DNA of 61,728 nt, filler included, from Sphacelaria rigidula (Eukaryota): NCBI GenBank assembly GCA_964200075.2. It is 11 parts of 11 records of this genome, joined end to end, with 100 filler letters (N's around TTAATTAATTAA, not from the genome) between each part and the next. Parts side by side here need not be neighbours in the genome. Positions count along the whole stretch, not along the records: positions 11,243 to 16,763 come from CAXNAA020026660.1; positions 16,864 to 22,384 come from CAXNAA020026661.1; positions 22,485 to 28,005 come from CAXNAA020026662.1; 8 more parts are not named here. One strand, written 5' to 3'. Shown piece by piece: positions 12,361 to 23,225 of the stretch. Under the pieces are notes generated by a model that searched no databases, was not told the DNA's origin, and saw nothing but the letters and a program-made list of their open reading frames with translations. Positions within the stretch are counted from its first letter, which is position 1. Each line of letters opens with the position of its first letter. The translations under genes and the position numbers were made by a program.

Positions 12361-12440
12361 CGGGCGCCCCGTTGACTAGGTTGGTAACCTCGAAGTCTTC
12401 TGGCTGATGGGGCATGGGTTCGAATCTCGGAACGACCTGG
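12361..12440 (+). mobile_element. tRNA-derived SINE head (degenerate)
   Basis: A-box-like TGACTAGGTTGG and B-box GGTTCGAATC. Homologous to 32720-32790(-) and 44796-44868(+). No canonical anticodon arm. Confidence 0.7.
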
Positions 12441-12471
12441 ATTTGCTTCTTACACAATGCCCAATAATCCA

Positions 12472-12990
12472 ATGATCGATTGATCGATTGATTATCTCAC
12501 TTTAGCTGATTGCAAAAATCCAGCCCGTGGTCAGGAGCAGCAAAAATAGTACAGAATAATGAAAAGAAAAAAGAGAGAAAGGAACAGGAAAAGACGGAAG
12601 CAACGGCCTCAGAAAAGAAAGAAAGGGGGCAGCGATAACAACACCACCACTACCACTACCAACAACAACAGACAACAACAGCAATAACAACAAAATAATG
12701 ACAAACACATACACAAACACAAGCACAAGCACGAACAACACACAAAGATGATGATCGCGCATTACGTAGCTGATTACAACACTCCAGCTCGTATAGTGGA
12801 GAGCGACTATATCATGGGTACACAAGATTCGGCTGAACGGTCGACGAGGGAAAGGGACAATTGAACACCTGTCGAGATAAAAATTAAAGGCGAGCACCGC
12901 AGAAGGAAGGTGGAGGACAGAAACAAATGAAGGAAGAAAACCTCCTGCGTTGCCCTTCCTCCTGTGAGACCCCGACTGATGCGTCCACTT
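12472..12990 (-). repeat. (CAAT)n-tailed interspersed repeat, longer copy
   Basis: 12472-12790 matches 1665-2040. 12810-12985 matches, reverse complement, 32505-32660 and 33310-33460 (GGGGTC..ACAGGAGGAAG...CCCTTTCCCTCGTCGA). Confidence 0.75.
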
Positions 12991-13689
12991 CTGCCGAAAG
13001 GTGGAGACCGGCGTCCTGAACAGAGGTGATGACAACACAACAACACCACTTATCAGTAATTATTACCTTTCACTTGAATTAAGTATTGACCTGTGCCGAG
13101 ACGGAAAATTACTTCCAGTTGAAAAAGTGAATTGCCAGGAAACTACCATCCGTTGCCTGTTTTACCTTGACCAAATGAAGTTGACAGGGTTGCATGCTGG
13201 GAACGTGCCACACGTCATCATTTTGCTGCTAGTATAGTCGACTGCTTTTGGTCAGCTGTCACAGTGAACCGCGCCGGTTGAGGCTTGTGTATAAGCTGAG
13301 ACCTTGATGTTCGCCTTTCATTCTTCAACCGAAAACGGATGCCTGAGGAAGTGGAAATAACTCAAAGTGTTCGCTGTCAACAACTGCCAACTGCTGGATG
13401 AACTACGCCCACGTACAAGACAAGACACCCTGTAGGACACAACGCAGAGCAAAGGGCAAAGAGCACCGAGCACAGGAAGCCATCAACGGAGTAGCGTAAC
13501 CAGCGCCCGCTCGGTTCTGCAGCAGCGTGTTGACACACTTCGCAACCACTCGAAAAGCTGCTGTTTGCCTGACAGAAGCCATAATCTTTGTTGCTCAATG
13601 ACAGCTGCCACCCCGAGGCACTCAACGATCGCAACCGTATCACTTCCGAGTCTCGCCCATCTTCATCACCTTGTTGCCCTCCCTAGGGT

Positions 13690-15835
13690 AGTCTGCGATG
13701 GTATTAGATGACGCCATGAGGCCACTCCTTTGTCAGCAACTGAATTCCGCTTGCCCGTCGGGAACCGCATAGCCCTCACACAGGATGAAGTTGTTGAACT
13801 ATCGCGAAAAGGTATGCTTTATACGGATGATAATGTCGTTGTTCTTTTAGTTCGCCAGCCCACAGCGCCCCTTCGTGTGGAGAAACCGACCAGTAAACAT
13901 GATGTTCGGTGATGACCCCACACGAATTTATGTGCCGATGCTTCTGCGTCCATGGGTTCTCCGTGAATGCCATTCGCAAGCATCGGCACATCTGGGAGTC
14001 GTTAGAACCTCCCAGATGCTTGAGCGTTCTTGTTGGTGGATTTGTATAGATTAGTGTGTACGTTGGTGAGTGAGGCGTTGTCTTTTGTGTCAGGCACGAA
14101 AACCCTCGCGCCAAACGGTATGATGGCCAGTTATTGCCATGCCACTCCCCAACGGGTCAGGTGAAATCGTCTCATGGGCTTATTTTGGTCCGTCGTCCCT
14201 CTCTGATAGTGGTAACAAGTATATTTTGTTGTTTGTAGATCGGTTTAGTCGACGCGCGGTGATGCATGCTGTTTCAGAAACCAGCTTTAGTGCGGCTGGC
14301 ACAGCCAACGTCCTTGTGTACACATATATTCCGCACTGGGGTGTACCCAAGCGATTGTTGTCCGATAACGGCCTGCATTTCGCCGGCTAACTTTCTGCGA
14401 CGATCAGTAACCTCCCGGGTGCCCATCGCCTTTTTACTAGCTTATATCATTTGTCCACAAACGGTGGGACTGAACGAGTGAACCACGTGATGGCTTAAAT
14501 GCGCGCAACGGTAACCATCGAACGACAAACGGACTGGGACTTGCATTTGCCCCTTGTTCAGATGAACTACAATAATTCAGTCAATGCCGCAACGGGGTTG
14601 GCTCCCGATGAAGTTCATATTGGTCGCATGCCCAGGTTGTCACTGACGGTATTCGAACGGAAACCTTACGGAGGCCATCAAAGTTTGCATCAGGATATCG
14701 CGGAGTACCATATTTCTGTCAGTAATCGTGTTCGTCTTGCGTATGAGGTGGTACTCGAGCAGACCCAAATCAATGCAGCAAAAGTGTAGCCAGAGCAAGC
14801 ACTGTGTTGGATGATGCGGTCAACGACCATCCGGTGTGGAAGGTAGGTCAATGGGTATGGGTGTACAATGATGTGAGAACCGTCACTCAGGGGGCTAGCT
14901 CCAATAAGTCTTCGTTGTATAAGGTGTTGAAGTCGAAACTATCCTTGAATTGGACTGGTCCTTGCACGATCTTGGCGGTTGTGCCCTCTTATGCAGCAGC
15001 TGACAATAGTCCGGTAGGCGAGAAAGTTTTGAATTTGGATTTTTCCACGGATAAACCTCGCACTAAACCCAAAAACCGAGTTTCAATACTTGAGTGTAAA
15101 CCGTGTCTGCCCCCGCATGATGCAATCGACATGCCCAAACAAGTGCGAATGGGTCTCAGTCAGTACGTGTGGACCAACTATGCGGCCAAAGCCCCGCCGT
15201 ATCACATGACGGTTGAAGATGCTAACGGCCCCCTTGAGCGAGTCGTGGAAGATCGCATCTCGGACCATCAATTAGCCCGAGATCGATGAGGTAAAATAGC
15301 GGTTATGTACCAGACACACTAGAAAGGCATTATGCGTGTTACGTGGGAACGGAAAGTTGATTTGCGCCACTTTCGGAGAGAAATACTTCTGTATTGGGTA
15401 GGAGATGCTGTACAACACCGCCCGTTGAACAAATGCTATAGGTCCATGCGCAAAGGGGCAGCGGCTCGTGAGCTAGCACGGAAGCACTCCGCGCGATTCG
15501 TCATCGCCGGCTACAGTCTTGTTTCTCGTGCGCAATACTTGGACTCTTTTTGTAAGGAGAGCTTGCCCAAAGGCGGGTATTTTTGGTACAGAGCAATGGA
15601 TTCGCGGTTGTGGCTGGGAAGAAATCATTTTATTGATCCTCCAGTGGACAATGCATACTTCATTCGTTTTCTCGATGACCCGGGACCCCTCAAGATCCGC
15701 CTCGACGACGACTACTACACTGAGGTGCCAGCCGCCCGCCGAGGATCTTGGTGCCTACAACGACACGACCGAGGCGACATCGACAGAGCTGTCTTACGCA
15801 ATCCTGAGACGGCGTGGGACGATGATGAAGCTTGA
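13690..15835 (+). pseudogene. Decayed Ty3/Gypsy retrotransposon pol 3' part: integrase (HHCC + rve core + GPY/F-like) + chromodomain + extra C-terminal domain
   Basis: One frame with scattered stops: RECHSQASAHLG...RRCLLCQARK (HHCC), YFGP...GNKYILLFVDRFSR, WGVPKRLLSDNGLHF, YHLSTNGGTERVN, DWDLHLP...YNNSVNAATGLAP, KLSLNWTGPC, then DRISDHQ...MYQTH*KGIMRVTWERKVDL (chromo). Confidence 0.93.
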
Positions 15836-16010
15836 TAGTGATTGTGCTTTCCGAATTACTTTTGCCTGGAGTATCTTGTTGTCGTTGGCGTCATTGTAAT
15901 ACGTTCCATGTTGTTCGGTCAGCCCCGTATCCCCAGTAGCCACACGGGTGGCCACTGGTACACGTTATATCAAGAAGTTACGACCAACCTTCCGTAACGT
16001 AGGCTATCCG

Positions 16011-16334
16011 CATTTTGGAACCTGGTAGGTTCCGTAGCGTACCCGCGTAACGTCTCAGGTTACGTAACGTTCGCAACCACAAGATGGAAGGTTATGGAAG
16101 GTGCCTGCTCGCTTCCTGAACAAAAGATATGCTGTGGTTCTGACACTTCAGTATCTTCGGGGCTTTCTGCCCCTCGCCAACAATATATCATCTGCAGTCT
16201 TGAACCCCCGACCTCTTGTTCCACAAACGGCCATTTGACCATTGAGCCACCAGTGAGCGCTCACTACTTCAATGGGTAACGTGTTCGCTTCTTGAACAAA
16301 CGATATACGTTCGGCGAGCGATGTGTTCCAAATG
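16011..16334. mobile_element. Possible small TIR element
   Basis: CATTTTGGAAC at the left and GTTCCAAATG at the right form an inverted pair. Internal direct repeat TCGCTTC.TGAACAAA.GATAT. Confidence 0.4.
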
Positions 16335-16421
16335 GGTGGCGCGTTAGGTTTTCATTGGCCACCGTCTGGAGAGTAATGGACTCCGGACTCTTTCAGGCGG
16401 GTTCGAGTCCCACCGCCACCA
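16335..16421 (+). ncRNA. tRNA-like element (pseudo-tRNA or SINE head)
   Basis: Perfect 7-bp acceptor stem GGTGGCG/CGCCACC + A, T-arm GCGGG-TTCGAGT-CCCAC with one mismatch, followed by TTTTT. D and anticodon arms are non-canonical. Confidence 0.5.
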
Positions 16422-16479
16422 ATTTTTGATTTGTTTTTCCAACATGTTTTTTTTCATCCCGCAATAGTGATGCGGCGTG

Positions 16480-16763
<284 letters not shown>

Positions 16764-17358
16764 NNNNNNNNNNNNNNNNNNNNNNNNNNNNNNNNNNNNN
16801 NNNNNNNTTAATTAATTAANNNNNNNNNNNNNNNNNNNNNNNNNNNNNNNNNNNNNNNNNNNNGATGTCTGACACACTTATGAGCCTCTTTTTTCGTGCA
16901 ACCAAATACCCTCCCCCCTACCGTAGGATGACTCTACGGTTAGGACACCACACTCAGGCGCGTGAGCAGGCGACCTTAGCGATACGGCGCACTGAACAAA
17001 CACCAAGTGGCTTAGATGTGGCACGAGAGGCCAATACGGCTGTATGTGCCTGGCAGCAATTTTAAAACACCGAAAAAAAACAGAGCTCGGATTTGAAAGC
17101 TCAGCACTCCACTAAACCAACTCTTCTTGTGCTGTACTGCAGCAGAACCTTGGAATAGATCGGGCATATTCGAGAATCCCTCTGGATATTTTACGTGTGG
17201 TTCATTCTTGTAACATGTTATCGGGTCAAAATGAACAAAAAGTGGACGACGTGTGAACATACAGTACATACGATGGCGAAACTTATCAAGCCAATCTTAT
17301 TTACTTCACTGACATCGCAGGAGAAAATACACTGTGATTCTAGCATCTGCACTATGAA

Positions 17359-17519
17359 CCCTTTTGGGACCGGATTCCCAGAAACATGTGGTTTGCACAC
17401 AGGGGCCTTTTCGTGAATCAGCATTATTTTCACGTCGTTTTCAAATGAAAATGATGCATGTTCACTGAAAGGTCCCTGCGTGCAAACCACATGTTTCTGG
17501 GAGTCCGGTCCCAAAAGGG
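17359..17519. mobile_element. Palindromic MITE, piggyBac-like termini
   Basis: ~72-bp inverted arms CCCTTTTGGGACCGGA...TCCGGTCCCAAAAGGG, flanked by TGAA/TTGA (degenerate TTAA). Confidence 0.8.
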
Positions 17520-17869
17520 TTGACGGATGAAAACATGTTGCAGATGAAACATTCTCAACTTTACTCAAACCTGCCCGATCAACACGAGTTAAGGATTGCA
17601 GATGACAGCACCGCGCTACCTCCCCCGAAAGACTTTACTGCGGGAGCTGTCTGTGCTCTAGTTGTCGAGTCCACCTTCATGAATGTGGCGTGAATTACAC
17701 ATAGGCTACTAATCCTAGAGCGTATCTGTCCTTCATCGTAGACCAGATATCTCGGAAGCTGTAGGTCTTAGGCAATGACTCCGTACGGACGAGTTCTGGG
17801 GGCCAGACGTACGGGATCGCAACAACATCACGAACATCCTTTTCACACAGGGAGAGACAATACTTCAAG

Positions 17870-18190
17870 GTGACGTTCTATAGGGTACGACTTTTTGTAT
17901 ACCCAGGGTAATTTTCCTAGTATAACCCGACAGTTCTGTGAGTTCTGTAAGCCTTCCATACCGGTACCCGATAGTTCTGTAAGGTCTATGAGAAATATTT
18001 ATCCTTACCTGGAGGTACGGGTATACCCTTGTAGAAATATCCGGTTGCGGGTAAGGGTTTCTGTACAACCTCCATAGCGTACCCAACAGGTTCTGCAAGT
18101 TCTGTGAGACTTCCATTCCAGTACCCGACAGTTTTGCGAGTTGTGTAAGCAACCTCATACCCTACCGAACATATCCGTACCTTACAGAGC
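17870..18190 (+). repeat. Repeat built of GTACCCGACAGTTCTGTGAGTTCTGTAAG-like subunits
   Basis: At least four diverged subunits at ~17925, 17963, 18078 and 18120. Confidence 0.7.
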
Positions 18191-18636
18191 ACAGCCCTGA
18201 AATATCCCACGTCATACCTGCAAGATTCTCCGCGCGTCGTTGGTCCTATTTTTGCTATCTTCGCTGTCGACGGCATGGAGTTCTCTGGATGTGCTACTCT
18301 CGGAGAAAAGAGGTGACACGAAAAACTGGGAGAAAATATCCAACGCACCTCTGTACACGGAAAAAAAAACGAAGCAAAGCATGGTGCGAACGAACAACGA
18401 TGGTGCAGGGGCAAAGTAGCGCGTGCTGCAGATGACTATTGATAAAGTAGTCCACCGTGAGCGACCAATACCATAGAGGCCAATGACACGACCGACCGAC
18501 AAAACGAGAAACGAGCAGAAAAAACAGCCCAGCGGCAGGTTATGGAGTCGAAGACGGGACTCCCGACGCGTGCTGTTGCAGCACTGCGACCAAACGTCAC
18601 AGCAGTAAATGAAAATTTTCAAAAAGGGGCAACGGA

Positions 18637-19990
18637 CAAAAGTGGGCACATTACCACCTATTCAGCCCAAACGTCGGTACAGGCGCGCAAGGTGGAGCTG
18701 TCCGTGCTAGGCACAAACAACCCCAAAATCAATCCCCACGCAAAGGCAAGGCCCCCACAGCTCACGCACGGCATGTACACCAACTTTCGCAAAAAATAAA
18801 GCGCGATTTGGGGTCGAACAGCACCGCGGGAAACAAGGACCTCGCAAAGTACCCTATTTTGTCCGACAATGAGGTAGATGTATCCAGCAAAAACTACGAA
18901 TTTCATCTTGTACCCCCACTGTGCCTTATGCTGTCTTGTATTAGGCTCAAAGTGCACCTCTATTTGACCAATATCGACCTTCGACAGCCGCCGTCCAACG
19001 AACCGCACGGGTACAAAATCGAATGGCCAAAGAAAATATCCCAACCTTTTTTTAGCTCGTTATGCGGCCTGGAGACTCTTAGGAGCCCACGCTTTTTTAT
19101 ATCTCTCTTTACGGCCGGTATTCTCGAGACCCTTACGGAGTGATCGACACACCGCACGACCATTTACAAGCAACAGAACACGCTGCGAAATACGGAAAGG
19201 TATGGAATACAACGGCTGAACCCCTCCGTTGTTCGATCATCGCTTTGGCGAGCAGCGCAACGATGTCGAGACAACTTGCCCTACCGGGCGCTGGCAATGG
19301 GGCGAATGCTGCCGCATCGCCTGCCGCAATAACGGCGAGAAAGATTGCGGTTGGAGATGTCTTCCAAAACTTGCAAGAGGGATACAATTTTTCGCAGCTT
19401 GTTTTACCGTTTGCCAGCGGTCGTGCGGTGTGTCGATCACTCTGCGAGGGTCTCAAGTCTCCAGGCCGTAGAAAGAGGTGAAAAGAAGCGTGGGGTCTTG
19501 AGTCTCCAGGCCCTACGAAGAGCTAAAAAGAAGCTTGGGTTCCTAGAATCTCCAGGCCGCCTAAAGAGGTAAAAAGAAGGTTGGGGTAATTCCTTCGGCC
19601 ATTCGATTTTGGACCGTGCAGTTCGTTGGATGGCGGCTGTGGAAGGTCGATATTGGTCAAATAGAGGTACACTTTGGACATAATGCAAGACAGATACGAG
19701 ACACAAAGGGGTACAAGGCAACCTTCGTAGTTTTTGCTCGGTACACCTACCTCATTGTCGGACAAAATAGGGTACTCTGCGAGGTCCTTGTTTCCCACGG
19801 TGCTGTTCGACCCCAAATCACGCCCTTTTTCCGCGGAAGTTGGTGTACATGCCGTGAAGGAGCTGTGAGCTTCTTGCCTCTGCGTGGGGATTGATCTTTG
19901 GGTTGTTTGTGCCTAGCACGGACAGCTCCATCTTGTGCGGTAACCTGTACCTAAGTTTGGGCTGAATAGGTCGTCATGTCCCCACTTTTG
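18637..19990. mobile_element. Foldback-type non-autonomous element with ~530-580-bp inverted arms
   Basis: 18637-19170 is the diverged reverse complement of 19410-19990 (e.g. GAGCTGTCCGTGCTAGGCACAAACAACCC / GGGTTGTTTGTGCCTAGCACGGACAGCTC). ~240-bp spacer. Confidence 0.9.
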
Positions 19991-20789
19991 GATTTTGACC
20001 TTTCAAAACACAGCTGATACGAAGACCCATTAGCGTATTTTGAAGGCACGAGAAGAAACTAAGAGACGTCTCGTTATAGTACTTTGCAGCTGCACTAGGG
20101 GGTTTGTGTGATTTTTTCGTGGTCGCTCTGGCGACTCGACAAAGCAACACATTGAAAAATAAAAGGCCGCACTGCATAGATTGACACGAGGGTTTACTGA
20201 TTTTTCTCCACCAGTGAGAATTTAGTAATCAACTCGTAGGCGAGGGTACATGCAGTTGCAGCATACCTAGACTGCTATAACTACTGTTTCGCGGAGGCTA
20301 CGCCAACCACATGAAGAAAGAGCACATACCGATCAAGCTTGAACAACCGAAAGGAAGCCCCCATGGGTGAAAAATGGGCGAGAAGAAATGTGCTAGAAAC
20401 GACAACACAGCCCTTGGTTGATAGCACATCGAAGTTTGTCCTGTGCGCTTTTTAGGCGAATCACTTTATCTCGGCGCAGAGCGGCTCCGCCTTTCACCGA
20501 TGTCCATTCGGGCCCTGTAGGGGGAATGTCAGCCCACACACAAACACGCATTCCCCCAAACTAATCGAGTGGATCATCTGTTGATTTGCCATCATGTTTC
20601 GCTTGAAAAATAGCTGTAAGATCCAGATGACTCAACCTGACGGTCAAAGGGTTACGAGCCAGAGAAAGGGCTAGGCAGACATGCTAAGACCGACTGACCC
20701 AGCGATGATGATTCCATGTAGTACAATGAGCTCGGGAATAATTTGTCCAACCACTAACCAGTTGAATGGTTACGGGTAGCGCACTCATC

Positions 20790-21270
20790 AACCAGTCATA
20801 TGATACATAATGGTTTGGTAATCGAGCGGCGCAGCCGCGAGCCAAAAAGCCGCCCCCTCGGCATGGTCTTATGACTATGGCATGCATGATCATGAGTACA
20901 CCCCCCGGCAGAGGGGGCCCCGCTAGAGGCGCCGTGCCGGACGCACGTTTTTACGCGATTTGGCTTCACTAGAGCTAAAACATACATTAAATTTGGGGTA
21001 ATTTTCAAGGGCTGTATGTAGCATACGTAGCCGGTAACGGCTAATAAAGCCGGTAACTGCTAGCCTGTGACCACGGAAGGCGTCCGCATAAGATGCCCAG
21101 TACCAATGCACCGCGCAGATATCGGAACGGCTTTTAATGTGAAGACAACAACAACAACAACAACAGTAAATTATGGTTTGAAAACACTACCCAAAAATTC
21201 ATGTAACCATCACCATTATTACCATAATAATGATGATGGCCAGTTATAACTGGTACCATTTTCGAGCTCT
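20790..21270 (+). repeat. Interspersed repeat, reverse-complement homologue of 56968-57300; 21059-21135 also matches 23915-23990 (rc) and 28820-28905 (rc)
   Basis: Shared blocks AAGGGCTGTATGTAGC, CGTAGCCGGTAACGGCT and ATGATGATGGCCAGTTAT. Confidence 0.85.
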
Positions 21271-21310
21271 AACAATGGCCTTATGACTACGGCATGCAAC
21301 ATCATGAGTA

Positions 21311-21341
<31 letters not shown>

Positions 21342-22489
21342 GGTGTTTGGAAGGGCGATATGAGATTTTGTAACACACGTTCGCAGCTCTGAACTCGCGG
21401 CCGAGCATTTGACTGAACGTTTACACGAGAGCAACAGGCGGCCGCGGAAGGCAGCTGTGTGTGCGTGCTGTTCCCTTCGTTGTAGAAGGGTGAAATTGTG
21501 GGCCAAAAGTGGCCGGCAGATGACAGATCATTGAGGACTATCAGCACTCTATGCTTGCACCGGAGTACAGTACTTATGGCAAGAGGGGAGAACAGAAAGA
21601 AAAAAAAACGTAGCATCTTTACTATGAACGCAAATACAACAGTAAGAACAACTGGATTAGTCAGGTATTTATGCACCCAATCCCTATCGCGATCCGCCCG
21701 TGGTGCAGCGTACGCCGTAGGCGACATGACGGACATCTGCTTTCGTAACGGGTGCCAGTAACTACCCTCCGCGCACGCGACGACTAGTTTGTGCCGCTCT
21801 CTGTATCGTATACTTTGAAGTATGAAGTATGCGATTTTCAAGGCCATCGAGCAGCGGAATCATTGGGGGGGTGCAAACACGCCCGCAGACGATAACTGTG
21901 CTTTGGTTACCCGCACAGGGCATCCCCGCCTGCATGGCCAGCACGTGACACTAGCGATCAGAAATGTGACCTCGAACAAGGTGCTTTGCTGTGGACTAAC
22001 AAACCCCGAGACACGCCGCTGCTGCACAAGCATCGGGTCGAGAACTACTCCTGGTTGTGAATACGGGTAGTGGCGCGTTTTTCGCCAACTCTTCTGCCGA
22101 AAGGTGCCGGAACTGCCGGTATTACTTCTGTGTAGTCAAACTAGGGGGGTTGTATTGTATTGCGACTCGCCAACGTATACATATTGAGTGCCATGCTTAC
22201 ATGTTGAGGTGGGGGGTTCGTCAACACGGCATACAGGATTGTACTGTATTTCGACATGCATATGTATACATAAGAAGTGTCACGCCGAGCATTTGAAGGG
22301 GAGAGGAGGGGGGGGGGGGGGGTCTCGCCAACCCGGCACCCCGAATTCGAACCCTTACCCGAAGGCACACCGAGAACTTTCGGGNNNNNNNNNNNNNNNN
22401 NNNNNNNNNNNNNNNNNNNNNNNNNNNNTTAATTAATTAANNNNNNNNNNNNNNNNNNNNNNNNNNNNNNNNNNNNNNNNNNNNCACTG

Positions 22490-22752
22490 AGTCCCTCTGG
22501 AGGGAACATGGATGATGTCCTCCCTCTAGAGGGCAGCAAAATCTATCATTCTGGAGACTCACCGTTCCCCTCGAGGAACTCCGTGGATGCCCTCCGAAGG
22601 GAACAGGGGTGATGTCCTCCCTCAAGAGGACAGCAAAACCCACCATTCTGGAGGCTCGTCGTCCCTCTCGAGGGACTCCGTAGATGGCCTCTGGAGGGAA
22701 GAGGGGGGTTGCTCTCCCTCCAGAGGGCAAAAAAAACTACCATTCTAGAGGG
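22490..22752 (+). repeat. Tandem minisatellite, ~97-bp unit, about 2.7 copies, truncated by contig start
   Basis: GATGTCCTCCCTC at 22514 and 22611. CATTCTGGAG/CATTCTAGAG occurs three times. Confidence 0.85.
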
Positions 22753-22784
22753 GCGAAGAGGTTAGCCAAATGACCGCGTGTGTT

Positions 22785-22986
22785 AGACCGCGGTGCGGGT
22801 AGTGTACCTGGATCATGCATACTTTCTTCAAGTGAAGTTGATGCCGATTCAACAGATGGCCTACTCTCGTCGTCTAAGGGCTAACCCTTAGACCGCGAGG
22901 GTAGTCTATCTGGATCATGCGTACTTTTTTCAATTGAAATCGATGCCGATTCAGCAGATGACCTACTCTCGCTGTCTAAGGGTTAA
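22785..22986 (+). mobile_element. Two head-to-tail ~97-bp piggyBac-like MITEs
   Basis: Unit CCCTTAGACCGCGA...TCGCTGTCTAAGGG, joined by CTAA and ended by TTAA. Third copy at 60808-60907. Confidence 0.8.
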
Positions 22987-23046
22987 GGGCCGTTATTGTC
23001 GACACAGCTTTTTGGGAGATCGTCAAGATTTTAGGCGTTTTCGCAC

Positions 23047-23225
23047 CTGGCGCTTGACCTTCTCCAAAAATGAAGCGGCGAGATTTTTCCGCCAAGCCTT
23101 CACGTTTGGCGAACGCCAAATATTTCGGACCGCAGCGCAATACTCCGCAGAGCTGCCCATGGCGGACGCCGTGGCACTCACAAGCATGCGAGAATCATCA
23201 GGAACCTTGCTAGTGACACCCTGGG
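23047..23225 (-). CDS. Candidate isolated internal exon, unknown protein
   Basis: ttttactctacgacatag acceptor and CAG|gtgcga donor. Open frame QGVTSKVPDDSRMLVS...WRKNLAASFLEKVKRQ. No recognisable motif. Confidence 0.35.

Noticed and set aside
16016..16330. TG...CA segment as the Gypsy 3' LTR inserted Ty3-style next to a tRNA
   Set aside because: No polypurine tract upstream, no second LTR in the contig, and the inverted match extends beyond TG/CA, which fits a TIR element better.
18808..19816. Paralogous ORF pair MGSNST.GNKDLA on opposite strands
   Set aside because: A by-product of the foldback inverted repeat, with frameshifts between arms and non-ATG starts.
22490..22752. CRISPR-like or coding repeat array
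   Set aside because: Whole ~97-bp units are repeated with no unique spacers, the period is not a multiple of 3, and there are no cas genes.
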